Notes under the pieces: model-generated
Database searches by the model: none
What the model was told of the DNA's origin: nothing
What the model saw: the letters and a program-made list of their open reading frames with translations, nothing else
Position numbers and translations under genes: made by a program
Assembly: GCA_963815215.1 (NCBI GenBank)
Contig: CAWFFU010000011.1
Span: 96,001-160,000, forward strand
DNA: 64,000 nt
Source: an uncultured Trueperaceae bacterium
GTDB taxonomy: Bacteria > Deinococcota > Deinococci > Deinococcales > Trueperaceae
Direction of reading: 5' to 3'
Part shown: in pieces, positions 17,831 through 30,245 of the stretch
Position numbering within the stretch: the first letter of the stretch is position 1
Layout of the letters: each line of letters begins with the position of its first letter

Positions 17831-18811
17831 ATGATGAGACGGGCCGTGTTGTTGTGCCTTGCGCTGGCGGCCTCGGCATTGATGTTGTCGGCGTGCAGTA
17901 CCTCGAGCAGTGGCGCGGCGAAAGCCACCTTCAACGGGGTGACCGCGCTCGACCCGGTGGCCGGTTCCGCCGACTTCAGCGTCAGCGCCCTGGACAGCCA
18001 GGGCAAGGTGGTGACCACCGGGACGCTCTCGGACGTCGCCATCACGGTGACGTCGGTGGCTGACAGCGGTGGGCCGATCTCGACGTCGTACTCGGCCACC
18101 GCCACGATCTGCGGCCAGATCACCGGCAGCAGCGGCGACATCACCGGGATCCTGACGCTCGACGCCACCGGCTCGATGTCCTCGAGCGACCCCACCATGC
18201 TGCGCGCAGACGCGGCCAAGGGGTTCGTCGCCCGCATGGCCTCGACCGATCGCGCCGCCGTCGCCTCGTTCGACACGAGCGTGACGCCCACGTCCGGGTA
18301 CCTGGCCATCTACCTGCACCAACCGCTCACGTCGGACAAGACCCTACTGGACACCGCCATCGACGCGGCAACGTACAACGGTGGCACCACCAACCTGTGG
18401 GACGCCGGCGTCGACAGCGCCAACTACCTCGCCTCGGTCACCGGCAGCAACAAGATGGCCTTGCTCCTCACCGACGGCGCGGACAACGCCTCCTCGAGCA
18501 CGCCGGCGAACGTCGTCTCGGCGGCCCAGTCGGCCGGCGTGAAGGTCTACACAGTGGGTCTCGGGAGCTACGTCGACTCGCAGGATCTGATCGACATCGC
18601 CTCTCAGACCGGCGGGACCTACACCCAGGTGCAGGACGCCACCGACCTCAGCGCCCTGTTCGACAGCATCTTCAACGCCACGCAGGCCGCGGGCTGCATC
18701 CACGTGCAGTTCAGCCCCGTTCCTGCGTCCGGCCACATCATCACGGGCCGGTTGACCTTCAAGCTCGACGGCCAGCTGCTGACCGCCGACTACGTCGTGT
18801 ACTTCCCGTAA
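17831..18811 (+). CDS. VWA-domain lipoprotein
   Basis: Lipobox LSAC, MIDAS-like LDATGSM and LLTDG, VYTVGLG, IASQTGG. Confidence 0.85.
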   Translation: MMRRAVLLCLALAASALMLSACSTSSSGAAKATFNGVTALDPVAGSADFSVSALDSQGKVVTTGTLSDVAITVTSVADSGGPISTSYSATATICGQITGSSGDITGILTLDATGSMSSSDPTMLRADAAKGFVARMASTDRAAVASFDTSVTPTSGYLAIYLHQPLTSDKTLLDTAIDAATYNGGTTNLWDAGVDSANYLASVTGSNKMALLLTDGADNASSSTPANVVSAAQSAGVKVYTVGLGSYVDSQDLIDIASQTGGTYTQVQDATDLSALFDSIFNATQAAGCIHVQFSPVPASGHIITGRLTFKLDGQLLTADYVVYFP

Positions 18812-18823
18812 CCCCTGTCTTCG

Positions 18824-18854
18824 GGTGGGCCGTGGCCTCGCGCCATGGCCCACC
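18824..18854. terminator. Hairpin between the convergent VWA gene and argS
   Basis: GGTGGGCCGTGGC / GCCATGGCCCACC. Confidence 0.6.
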
Positions 18855-18856
18855 GG

Positions 18857-20694
18857 TCACATCTCCTCCGGAGCCTCGATCCCCAGCAGCCCCAGCGCCT
18901 CGACGAGCGTCGACCGCACCCTGTCGACGAGCGCCAGGCGCGCTTCGCGCAGGCCCGCCCCGGCCTTGAGCACCTGCGTGTCCGGGCGCCCGTCGGCGCC
19001 CTTGTGGTTGTAGTAGGCGTTCCACGCCGTTGCCAGCTCGAGCGCGTACTGCGCCAGCAAGTGGGGCGCCAGGTCGCGCGCGGCTGCCTCCACGACCGTC
19101 CGGAAGCGGAGCATCACCCGGGCGAGCCGCACCTCCAGACCGCCTAGCGCCGCGAAATCGGCGCCGTCGCGGGCAACGCCCTCGGCCCCGGCCGCACGGA
19201 GGATGCTGCACGCGCGGGCGTGGGCGTACTGCACGTAGGGGGCGCTGTCCCCTTGCAAGGAGAGCGCCTGCTCCCAGCGGAAGTCGATGACCTTGCGGGC
19301 CTCGCTCTTGAGCATCCCGAAGCGCAACGCACCTACCCCGACCTGGCGCGCCACCGTGTCGATGCTCGGCAGCTCCGGGTTCTTCTCCTCCACAACGGCC
19401 CGGGCACGACGCACGGCCTCGGTCAGCACGTCGTCGATCGAGAGCGTCACACCCTTGCGGCCGCTCATCGGCTGCCCCTCCAACGTGACGACCTCGTAGG
19501 CCAGGTGGTGGGAGTTGCGGTACGCCCGCTGCCCCTCTTCGGTGTTCGACAGGGCCAGCGCAGCCCGGACCAGAGTCTGTGGGTGACTCTGGCGAACGTC
19601 GATGACGTTGATGATCTCCTGCCCATGGGCGAAGGCACGGCCCTCGGGGTGCGTCTCGCCCTCCGGCGAACTGGTGTAGAGCACCTTGCCCGAGGGCTGG
19701 CGCTCGAAGCTCCGGAACCGCAGACCCTCGAAGATCCCCGCCTTCCAGAACTGATAGCCGATGTCCTTGGCGACGTACATGGCGTTGCCGTCGCTGCGTA
19801 CCAGCACCACGTGGGTCTCCTCGAGGCCGGGGAGGAACTCCGACACGTCCATCACGAGCGCGCCGGCGAACTTGCCCTCGCTGGGCCGGGAGACGTAGGG
19901 ACTGGCCTCCAGCACGTCGAGCCCGCGGCGCAGGAAGCCCTCGTGCACCACGTCGGACTCCCACACCAGCAGGTCGTACTCGACGCCCAGGGCGTGGAAC
20001 GTCTCCAGTTGCGCCGCCACCACCCGCTCGACCTCCGCCCGCAGCTCGCCGCGCTCGAGCCGCTGCATCACCGCCGAGACGCCGCTGTCGACGCCCTCGC
20101 CGTCGCCCTCTTTCGCCTCGCCCAGGCGGACGTAGAGCTCGCCCAGCCAGTGGTCGTATTTGCGCGCGCCGTCGTAGGGCTCGCCGAAGTACTCTGCCGC
20201 GAACAGGCTCTCGGCCGCCTGCCGTCCGGTGTCGTCGATGTAGTTCTGCACCTCGACATCGTTCCCGGCGGCCCGCAGGATGCGGGCGCAGGCGTCTCCC
20301 AGCACGATGTTGCGCAGGTGGCCGACGTGCGCCTCCTTGTTGGGGTTCACCGAGGTGTGCTCCACCACCACCTTGAGGCCTGCCCCCGCCGCCGGCGGGG
20401 GCGCCTGCACCACCTGGGCGACGAAGGTGCCGGGATCGAGGTGGAAGTTGATGTAGGGGCCGACGGCGTCGGCGCGCTCGACCCCGGGGGAAGCTCGAGA
20501 GCATCGATCAGGTCCTGAGCGATCGCTGCCGGGTTCCGGCGCAGGGCGCGCGCGAGCGTGAAGGCGACGGCGGTACCGTAGTCGCCGGGCTTGTCGGCGG
20601 GCACCTCCTGGATGGAGACCTCGCCGGCTTCCGCCCCGAGGCGCGCAAGGGCGGCCAGGACGGCCTCTCGTAGGGCGTGGGTGACGTCGGCCAT
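18857..20694 (-). CDS. argS: Arginine--tRNA ligase, split by a 1-nt frameshift near 20482-20485
   Basis: N-terminal frame MADVTHAL...GDYGTAVAFTLA...LELPPG continues as VERADAVGPYINF...EHTSVNPNKEAHVGHLRN...MSGRKG...YVQYAHAR if one G is added to a G4 run. Confidence 0.93.
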
Positions 20695-20888
20695 GGCGCG
20701 CTCACGCTACCACAGGGCCCTGTCGGCGCTTCCCCGCCGGATGGCGCCCTCGGTCGGGAGTGCCTGGGCGGCGCCGGGACGGGCGGCATATACTGTTGGG
20801 ACTGGCGCGACGCCCCTGCCTCGAGGGCGCCGCCGGGAGCGCGAGGTGGCATGCGGCGGCCAGCCGGAGATGGTAAGCCACCTTCCAG

Positions 20889-20932
20889 CTGAGTCAGTGA
20901 ACTGCAGTAAACTTGATAAGTGTTGACTCAGG
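20889..20932 (+). promoter_or_regulatory. HAIR-like (HspR) operator upstream of lon
   Basis: CTTGATA-N7-ACTCAGG 20912-20932 versus consensus CTTGAGT-N7-ACTCAAG, plus an outer inverted repeat CTGAGTCA/TGACTCAG. Confidence 0.65.
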
Positions 20933-21029
20933 TTTCACCGCTCCTTCCGTGCGCGGACCGCACGTCCGCACACCGCCACGTTGACCCTCGTTCCCAGCGC
21001 CCCGCGCCCCGCGCGGTCTAGGAGAGCCC

Positions 21030-23501
<2,472 letters not shown>

Positions 23502-23527
23502 GCCCACCGCATCCCCATGTCCTGAAC

Positions 23528-23557
23528 GAGGGGTCGGGCCGCGCGGCCCGGCCCCTT
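23528..23557 (+). terminator. Hairpin after lon
   Basis: GAGGGGTCGGGCC / GGCCCGGCCCCTT. Confidence 0.55.
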
Positions 23558-23611
23558 CACGTGGGCTCTGCCGAGTGCCGGGGACGCCCCTCGGCTGCGG
23601 TATCCTGGCGC

Positions 23612-24388
23612 ATGGCATCGTCGCAACATCGCATCCGACCCCTCATCGCCGGCAACTGGAAGATGCACAAACTGCCCAGCGAGGCCACCGCCTGGCTGCG
23701 CGCATTCCTCGAGGATCTGGCAGCCAGCGAGCACGGCCACTGCGACATACTCCTCAACGTGCCTTCGACGCACCTCGCGCCGATGGCGGCACTGGCCCGC
23801 GGCACCGAGGTCATGCTCGGCGCCCAGGATGTCAGCGCCCACCAGCAGGGCGCCTACACTGGCGAGGTCTCGGCTGCGATGCTCCGTGACGCCGGGGCGC
23901 GCTACGTCGTCGTGGGTCACTCCGAGCGACGCGCCTATCACGCCGAGGACGACGCCCTCGTCAACGCCAAGCTGGTGCGTTCGCTCGAGGCCGCGCTGGT
24001 GCCCATCCTCTGTGTCGGCGAGCGCGAGGACGAGCGCGTCGCGGGTCGGGCCCGTGAGGTCGTCCTGCGACAGCTCGAAGGCGGCCTTCAGGGCATCGAA
24101 TTGGCGGGCCCGGAGGCCCTTGTCATCGCCTACGAACCCGTCTGGGCGATCGGCACCGGCCGCACCGCCACGGCCGACGACGCCCAGGAGATGGGCGCCG
24201 CCATCCGCGCTGCGGTCGTCGAGCGCTTCGGCGACGCCGGACGCGCCTTGCGCTTGCTCTACGGCGGCAGCATGAAACCCGACAACGCGGCCGAGCTGCT
24301 CGAACGCGACGACGTGAACGGCGGCCTCATCGGCGGCGCCAGCCTCGACGCCGACCAGCTCATGTCGATCGTGGAGGCCGCACGATGA
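23612..24388 (+). CDS. tpiA: Triosephosphate isomerase
   Basis: IAGNWKM, GHSERR, AYEPVWAIGTG, LYGGS and LIGGASL. Leaderless: TATCCT, 5 nt, ATG. Confidence 0.97.
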   Translation: MASSQHRIRPLIAGNWKMHKLPSEATAWLRAFLEDLAASEHGHCDILLNVPSTHLAPMAALARGTEVMLGAQDVSAHQQGAYTGEVSAAMLRDAGARYVVVGHSERRAYHAEDDALVNAKLVRSLEAALVPILCVGEREDERVAGRAREVVLRQLEGGLQGIELAGPEALVIAYEPVWAIGTGRTATADDAQEMGAAIRAAVVERFGDAGRALRLLYGGSMKPDNAAELLERDDVNGGLIGGASLDADQLMSIVEAAR

Positions 24389-25434
24389 ACCTGCTCCAAG
24401 ACGTACGGAACAAGCTGGCCGGCGTCAGTGCCGAGGCGTTGCTGGTCACGGCGCCGGCGAACGTGCGGTACCTCTCCGGCTTCACCAGCCCCGAGGACGG
24501 CGCCGTCGTCGTCACCGACGAGCGAGCGGTCCTGCTCACCGACGGTCGCTACACCGCCCAGGCGGGCGAGGAGTCGCGCCTGGACGTCGTCATCACCCCG
24601 AACTGGGAGGAGCACCTGCCCGAGGTGGTCGGGGCACGGCGCCTGGCCGTCGAGAGCGAGCATCTCAGCCTGCAACGCTTCAGGCGCATCGCCGAGCGGC
24701 TCGGGGGCGAGCCCATGGCGACCGAGGCGTTCCTGGCATCGTTCCGGCTCGTCAAGAGCGACGACGAGATCGCCAGACTGCGGGAAGCTGCACGCATCAC
24801 CGACGCGGCGTTCGACGAGATCGTTCCGATGTTGCGACCGGGCGTGCGCGAGATCGAGGTCGCCCTCGAGCTGGAGCGCCATATGCACCTGGCAGGCTCG
24901 GGCGGCTCGGGCTTCCACATCATCGTGGCCAGCGGGATTCGTAGCGCCATGCCCCACGGCGTGGCCTCTGACAAGGTGATCGAGTCCGGCGACCTCGTCA
25001 CCATCGACTTCGGTGCGGTGTACCAGGGTTACCACGCCGACATGACGCGGGCGGTGGCGGTCGGGGAGATCGCGCCCGAGCTCCGGCGCCTGTTCGACGC
25101 CGTCCTCGAGGCTCAGCAGGCGGCTCTCGCGGCGGTCGCTCCGGGCCGCACGGGCCGGGAGCTCGATGCGATCGCACGCGACCTGCTGGCCGGGCACGAC
25201 CTCGCCGAAGCCTTCTCGCATTCGCTGGGGCACGGCACGGGGCTCGAGATCCATGAGGGCCCACGTCTCTCCACCCGCTCCGACGACGTGCTGGCTCCCG
25301 GCATGTCGGTGACCATCGAACCCGGAGTCTATCTGCCCGGCTTCGGCGGGGTCCGCATCGAGGATCTCGCCATCGTCACGGAGGACGGGCACGAGGTGCT
25401 GTCGAACAGCCCCAAGACGTTCCGGCAGCTCTGA
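24385..25434 (+). CDS. M24 Xaa-Pro aminopeptidase/dipeptidase
   Basis: TIDFGA..GYHADMTR, HSLGHGTGLEIHEGP, TIEPGVY and GVRIED. Confidence 0.93.
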   Translation: MNLLQDVRNKLAGVSAEALLVTAPANVRYLSGFTSPEDGAVVVTDERAVLLTDGRYTAQAGEESRLDVVITPNWEEHLPEVVGARRLAVESEHLSLQRFRRIAERLGGEPMATEAFLASFRLVKSDDEIARLREAARITDAAFDEIVPMLRPGVREIEVALELERHMHLAGSGGSGFHIIVASGIRSAMPHGVASDKVIESGDLVTIDFGAVYQGYHADMTRAVAVGEIAPELRRLFDAVLEAQQAALAAVAPGRTGRELDAIARDLLAGHDLAEAFSHSLGHGTGLEIHEGPRLSTRSDDVLAPGMSVTIEPGVYLPGFGGVRIEDLAIVTEDGHEVLSNSPKTFRQL

Positions 25435-25496
25435 CCGTGCAGCGAGGTTGAGGTCAGGGTCGTGAAGCAGGGGTCGCCCGGAAGGTGTGCAAGAGC

Positions 25497-26906
25497 TCAG
25501 CCGAGCGTGCCGATCCACGCGCGGGCGGCCCCCAGCAGGGCTGTGACGTCGGCGGCGGTGGGCGCCTCGCAGTACACGCGGAGTACCGGCTCGGTGCCGC
25601 TGGGCCGGTAGAGCAGCCAGGCGTCCTCGTCCAGGTTGAGCTTGACTCCGTCGAGACGCTCCACCGAGCGGACCTCACGCGTGCCCACCCGTTGCGGCGG
25701 GTCGCGCAGCTCGGTCATGACCCGCTCCTTGAGGGCGTTGCCGGAAAGGTGGAGGTCGAGTCGATCGTAGGCGTGGCGCCAGCCGGTCTCGCGCTCGATG
25801 GCCGCGAAGCGCTCCGCCAGGGGCTGTGCGCTACGCACCACGCTCTGAACCAGCAGCAGCGCGTTGACGATGCCGTCGCGCTCGGGCAGATGCCCCGCCA
25901 CGCCGATGCCGCCGGACTCCTCCCCACCGATCAACACGTCGCCGGCCAGCATGGCGTCGACGATGTACTTGAAGCCGATCGGGGTCTCGACTACGGTACG
26001 GCCGCGACTGCGCGCCAGACGCTCGACGACGCGGGACACGCTGAAGGTCTTCACCACCGAGCCGGCGCGCCCGCCGAGGGCGAGCTCGTCGAGCAGCACC
26101 GCGAAGATCTGGTGCGCGTCGAAGAACGTGCCGCCGGGGAGCACGACGCCGAGCCGGTCGCCGTCGCCGTCGGTGGCGACGGCGAACAGCGCATCCGAGT
26201 GCCGCATGCGCTCGCGGGTCTCGGCCAGATTGACCGGGATCGGCTCGGGATTGACGCCGTAGAACAACGGATGCGGCTCGCCGCGCACCGGCCGCACCTC
26301 GAGCTCCAAGCCGCGCGAGGACGCGAAGCCCGTCAGCCAGCCGCAGGCCGCCCCGCCCATGGCGTCGTGGACCACGCTGCCCCGCGCCCGAGCCAGCACG
26401 TTCATGTCCAGCACGCCCTCGAGCGCCCGGTAGTACGCCTCGCGCACGTCGAATCGCTCGATCCGCGCGTCCCCCGCCCGGCCGGCGAGCGCAGCGGTCG
26501 TGACGCGCTGCGCCACGTCACGGTAGATGTCATCGGTGGCGGTGCCGCCGTAGGGTCCCTTGAGCTTGAAGCCGTGGTAGTGCGGCGGATTGTGCGACGC
26601 CGTCAACATCACGCCGCCGTCGGCTCCGAAGTGCGCCACGGCGTACGACAGCGCCGGCGTCGGTAGGTAGGTCTCGGAGAGCAACACCCGCAGCCCGTGA
26701 CCCGCCAGCTCACGCGCCGCCGCGGTCGCGAACAACTCGCCCCCGAAACGCGTGTCGTGTCCGACCACCACGAGGTTGGCATCCCGCACGAGGAGGTGCT
26801 CGGCGTAGGCTGCCGCGGCGCGGCGCACGTTGGCGACAGTGAAGCGGTCGGCGATGACGTCCCGCCAGCCATCGGTCCCGAAGACCAGCGATGTGGAAGG
26901 GTCCAC
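25497..26906 (-). CDS. Phosphoglucomutase/phosphomannomutase
   Basis: FGTDGWR, TASHNP, DGDGDR, GEESGG and RPSGTEP. GTG start after a GAGGAG SD. Confidence 0.93.
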   Translation of the reverse strand: MDPSTSLVFGTDGWRDVIADRFTVANVRRAAAAYAEHLLVRDANLVVVGHDTRFGGELFATAAARELAGHGLRVLLSETYLPTPALSYAVAHFGADGGVMLTASHNPPHYHGFKLKGPYGGTATDDIYRDVAQRVTTAALAGRAGDARIERFDVREAYYRALEGVLDMNVLARARGSVVHDAMGGAACGWLTGFASSRGLELEVRPVRGEPHPLFYGVNPEPIPVNLAETRERMRHSDALFAVATDGDGDRLGVVLPGGTFFDAHQIFAVLLDELALGGRAGSVVKTFSVSRVVERLARSRGRTVVETPIGFKYIVDAMLAGDVLIGGEESGGIGVAGHLPERDGIVNALLLVQSVVRSAQPLAERFAAIERETGWRHAYDRLDLHLSGNALKERVMTELRDPPQRVGTREVRSVERLDGVKLNLDEDAWLLYRPSGTEPVLRVYCEAPTAADVTALLGAARAWIGTLG

Positions 26907-27018
26907 CTCGTCTCCTCTCCCCCTCGAGCAGCGTTCGGCGCCGCGGCGGGGCGCGCCCGAATCTACCACGCACCCCGTGCGGCACGCTGGAACCGCGCGC
27001 GTCGGGCTAGACTGGCGC

Positions 27019-27789
27019 ATGCCCGTGGTCGTCAAGTACGGCGGTAACGCCATGACCGATGACGCCACCCGCTTGGCGGTGGCTTCGGAGATCCGCGCCC
27101 TGTTCGAGGCCGGCGAGGACCCGGTCGTCGTGCACGGCGGCGGCCCTTTCATCAACGACGCGCTCGAGGAGGCCGGCATCGCCCACCACTTCGTGCGCGG
27201 CCTGCGCGTCACCTCGCCCGAGGGCCTGGCCGTCGTGGAGCAGGTGCTCACGCTGCTCGGGAAACGGCTCGCGCAGGACATCGGCCCCGCCCTGGGCCTG
27301 AGCGGACGCGACCACACGCTGCTGAGCGCCGAGCTGCGCGACCCGGCCCTGGGTCGCGTCGGTCGCGTCACGGGCGTGAACCGCGGGGCGCTCCGGGCGC
27401 TGCTCGCGGCACACGTCGTACCGGTGCTGGCCTGTCTCGCGCTCGACCCCGACGGGGGGCTCCTCAACGTCAACGCCGACGACGTCGCCGGTGCAGTGGC
27501 GGGCACGCTGGCCGCAGGGTGCGTCTTCCTGACCAACGTGCCCGGCGTGCTGGACGACCCCTCGCGGACCGAAAGCCTGCTGACCACGCTCACGAGCCAG
27601 GGCGCCCGACAGCGGATCGACGACGGACGCATCGACGGCGGCATGATCCCGAAGGTCGAGGCCGCCCTGCACGCGGTCGAGCTCGGCGCCCCGTTCGCCG
27701 TCATCGGCGACGGCCGCAGCGCCGAGGGCGCGCGTCTGGCCCTGCGGGGCTCGGGCGGCACCCGAGTGCTGGCCCACGACGACGGTTGA
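27019..27789 (+). CDS. argB: Acetylglutamate kinase
   Basis: VVKYGGNAM, VVHGGGP, GLRVT, NVNAD and GGMIPKV. Leaderless: TAGACT, 5 nt, ATG. Confidence 0.92.
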   Translation: MPVVVKYGGNAMTDDATRLAVASEIRALFEAGEDPVVVHGGGPFINDALEEAGIAHHFVRGLRVTSPEGLAVVEQVLTLLGKRLAQDIGPALGLSGRDHTLLSAELRDPALGRVGRVTGVNRGALRALLAAHVVPVLACLALDPDGGLLNVNADDVAGAVAGTLAAGCVFLTNVPGVLDDPSRTESLLTTLTSQGARQRIDDGRIDGGMIPKVEAALHAVELGAPFAVIGDGRSAEGARLALRGSGGTRVLAHDDG

Positions 27790-27842
27790 GAATGCCGTAA
27801 GCGGGCTGTTGCTAGACTCCGCTCGATCCGAGAGGAGCCGGC

Positions 27843-28043
27843 ATGTTCGAACGTCTCTCCCAGCTTCCGACTCATGCACTCGCCGACGAGGCGCGCAGGC
27901 TCGAGCAAGGACTCATCGCGGGCGTCGCAGACGCCGCCGACATCGATGCCTTCGTCGCGTTCGCGAGCGAGCTGGGCCGGCGCCAGCTACTGGCGTGCGA
28001 GCTTTCCGACGCGCTGGACGCGCTTCTCGACCCTCGGGACTGA
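27843..28043 (+). CDS. Small helical hypothetical protein (66 aa)
   Basis: SD GAGGAG, upstream TAGACT, and host-like codon use. Confidence 0.55.
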   Translation: MFERLSQLPTHALADEARRLEQGLIAGVADAADIDAFVAFASELGRRQLLACELSDALDALLDPRD

Positions 28044-28143
28044 CCGGACCCAGCCCGCGCACGCCGGTCGGCGGACCCCTTCGCCCTGTCGCACATGAAT
28101 TCTTTCCACTTCAGGAGCCGCAGCTTCTGGTAATCTGGCGGCG

Positions 28144-29307
28144 ATGCTTCGTCGCCGACCGTTCTTCGCCCTTGCCTCGCTGCTCATCCTCGTGAACTTC
28201 ACGGCCGCCTGGGCCCAGAACGCCACCATCACCGTGCATCCCGGTGACACTCTGTGGGGTCTGGCGCAACGCTACAGCACGACAGTCGACGCCCTGCGCC
28301 AAGCCAACAGCCTGGTGGGCAGCGCGCTGCAACCGGGCGCGACCCTGAAACTCCCACAGAACGGCAATGCCACCCCCGACGCCTACGTCGTCCAGCCGGG
28401 CGATACCCTCTACGACATCGCGCTGGCGTTCCACCTCAGCGTCGACGACCTCATCGCCTACAACGACCTCAGCGGCTCCACCATCAAGCCGGGTCAAACG
28501 CTCAAGCTGCAACCGAGCACGCCGGCTCCGGCGCCGCTCGTCATCACGGTGCAGCCCGGCGACACGCTGTGGAACCTCGCGCAGAGTTACCAGGTCACGG
28601 TCCCGGCCCTGGCGAGCGCCAACAAGCTGGGCTCCGCGGACGTCATCCACCCCGGCGACAGCCTCACCGTCCCGGGACGTTACGCCGGTCCCAGCACCGA
28701 TACCGGCGGTCCCGTGCCGCCGACGGTGACGGTCAACAAGGGCGACAGTCTATGGTCGATCGCGCACCATTACAGCACCACTGTGGCGGCGCTGATGAGC
28801 GCCAACGATCTCCCGTCCACCGACCTCTTCGCCGGGCAGACGCTGCGCATCGTGCCCGCCGGCGAACTGGGAGCCGCGCGCACCAGCTACGCCGCTCCGA
28901 CGCCCGTGCCCGCCACGGGCATGATGTGGCCCATCCACGGTCCCATCACCTCGCACTTCGGCTACCGCCAACTTCGCGTCGACGGCTCGAACTTCCATAC
29001 CGGCCTCGACATCGCCGGCAACACCGGCGAGCCCATCCACGCCGCGGTGAGTGGAACCGTGGTGCTGGCGGGCTGGAACGGCGGGTACGGACTGTGCGTC
29101 ATCATCAAGAACGGCAACACGGCGTACTACTACGGCCACGCTTCCGCTCTGCTCGTGCAACAGGGACAGCAGATCCAGGAGGGCCAGGTGATCGCACGGG
29201 TCGGTACCACCGGTCACTCGACCGGCCCCCACCTGCACTTCGAGATCCGCGTCGACAACGAGCCGGTAGACCCGCTCCCGCTCCTCCAAACGCAAGCCAG
29301 TCGCTGA
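28144..29307 (+). CDS. Secreted 4x LysM plus M23 peptidase
   Basis: Signal peptide, four V..GDTL/GDSL LysM repeats, HTGLDI and STGPHLHFE. Confidence 0.95.
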   Translation: MLRRRPFFALASLLILVNFTAAWAQNATITVHPGDTLWGLAQRYSTTVDALRQANSLVGSALQPGATLKLPQNGNATPDAYVVQPGDTLYDIALAFHLSVDDLIAYNDLSGSTIKPGQTLKLQPSTPAPAPLVITVQPGDTLWNLAQSYQVTVPALASANKLGSADVIHPGDSLTVPGRYAGPSTDTGGPVPPTVTVNKGDSLWSIAHHYSTTVAALMSANDLPSTDLFAGQTLRIVPAGELGAARTSYAAPTPVPATGMMWPIHGPITSHFGYRQLRVDGSNFHTGLDIAGNTGEPIHAAVSGTVVLAGWNGGYGLCVIIKNGNTAYYYGHASALLVQQGQQIQEGQVIARVGTTGHSTGPHLHFEIRVDNEPVDPLPLLQTQASR

Positions 29308-29404
29308 GCCCACCCCCGCCGATGGGCGCCGTTCCTCCGACCGAACCCTCGCGCAGTGACCTCCGTCCGGCGACAACATCCGGGTGGACGTTCCGAGGTG
29401 GGCC

Positions 29405-30190
29405 GTGCACCTGATCGTCATCGGAGACATCCACATGCAGGCCGGCAAGCTGTGGCGGATCCTGCAGGAGGCCGAGCTCGCCGACGAAGGGCACCGGCCC
29501 ACCACCGCGTTCGTGCAGGGGGACACGCGCCTGGTGCTGCTGGGCGACCTGGTGCACGCCAAGAGCCGCGAGCGCTACGCCGAGCTCATCAACGTGCGCC
29601 GCTACGACGAGTACAACCCGCGTCACCTGGAGCGTGCGGAGAAGGCGCAGACGACCTTCCTGCGCGAGGTCAAGGGCTTCCAGGACCGCTTGCCCCCGGA
29701 CAAGATGGTGATCCTCATGGGCAACCACGACTTCAACGCCGTCCACCCTGAACAGGGTCCGCTACGCACCGACGACGTCTCGCACCTGGAGTGGAAAGTC
29801 GGTTACGGCGGCGAGATGGACCCGGAGATCCGCCAGTGGATCCTCGCCTGGCCCTCTGAGGTCGTCGTCGACGAGTTGCACCTGGCGCACGTCGGTCCGC
29901 TCACCGAGCACAACACCTACGACAACGGCTTCTACCTGGACAACCGGCGCCGCTGGATCTACGAGGAGCGCGACTTCCTGGAAGGCACCCCCTACCGACT
30001 CGGCGTCTACGGTCACACGCCGGTGCGCGGCGGCGTCAACATCGCTTCCCAGGGGCGGGCCATCCTGCTCGACACCAACGGCTACCAGGACGAGTACAGC
30101 TTCCTCGACATCGACATCGCCGAGCAGCGTTACCGCCTCCGCATGCGCGGGCTGTTCTTCGACGAGACCGTGGCGCGCGCCGACGGCTGA
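29405..30190 (+). CDS. Calcineurin-like metallophosphoesterase
   Basis: IGDIH, LGDLVH, MGNHD, GHTP and LDT motifs. Confidence 0.88.
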   Translation: MHLIVIGDIHMQAGKLWRILQEAELADEGHRPTTAFVQGDTRLVLLGDLVHAKSRERYAELINVRRYDEYNPRHLERAEKAQTTFLREVKGFQDRLPPDKMVILMGNHDFNAVHPEQGPLRTDDVSHLEWKVGYGGEMDPEIRQWILAWPSEVVVDELHLAHVGPLTEHNTYDNGFYLDNRRRWIYEERDFLEGTPYRLGVYGHTPVRGGVNIASQGRAILLDTNGYQDEYSFLDIDIAEQRYRLRMRGLFFDETVARADG

Positions 30191-30245
30191 GCTCGACGGG
30201 GTCCTGCTCGACAGGGTCCCGCTCGACCGGCTACTGCTCGACCCG
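30191..30245. repeat. 15-bp period tandem repeat (GCTCGAC core, four copies)
   Basis: Copies start at 30191, 30206, 30221 and 30236. Confidence 0.7.

Noticed and set aside
18857..20694. argS and polA as true pseudogenes or programmed frameshifts
   Set aside because: Both are otherwise intact core genes with single indels at short runs and no canonical slippery heptamer. Sequencing error is more parsimonious.
25497..27908. 803-aa phosphomutase fusion
   Set aside because: The upstream part is antisense to argB. The true gene starts near 26906.
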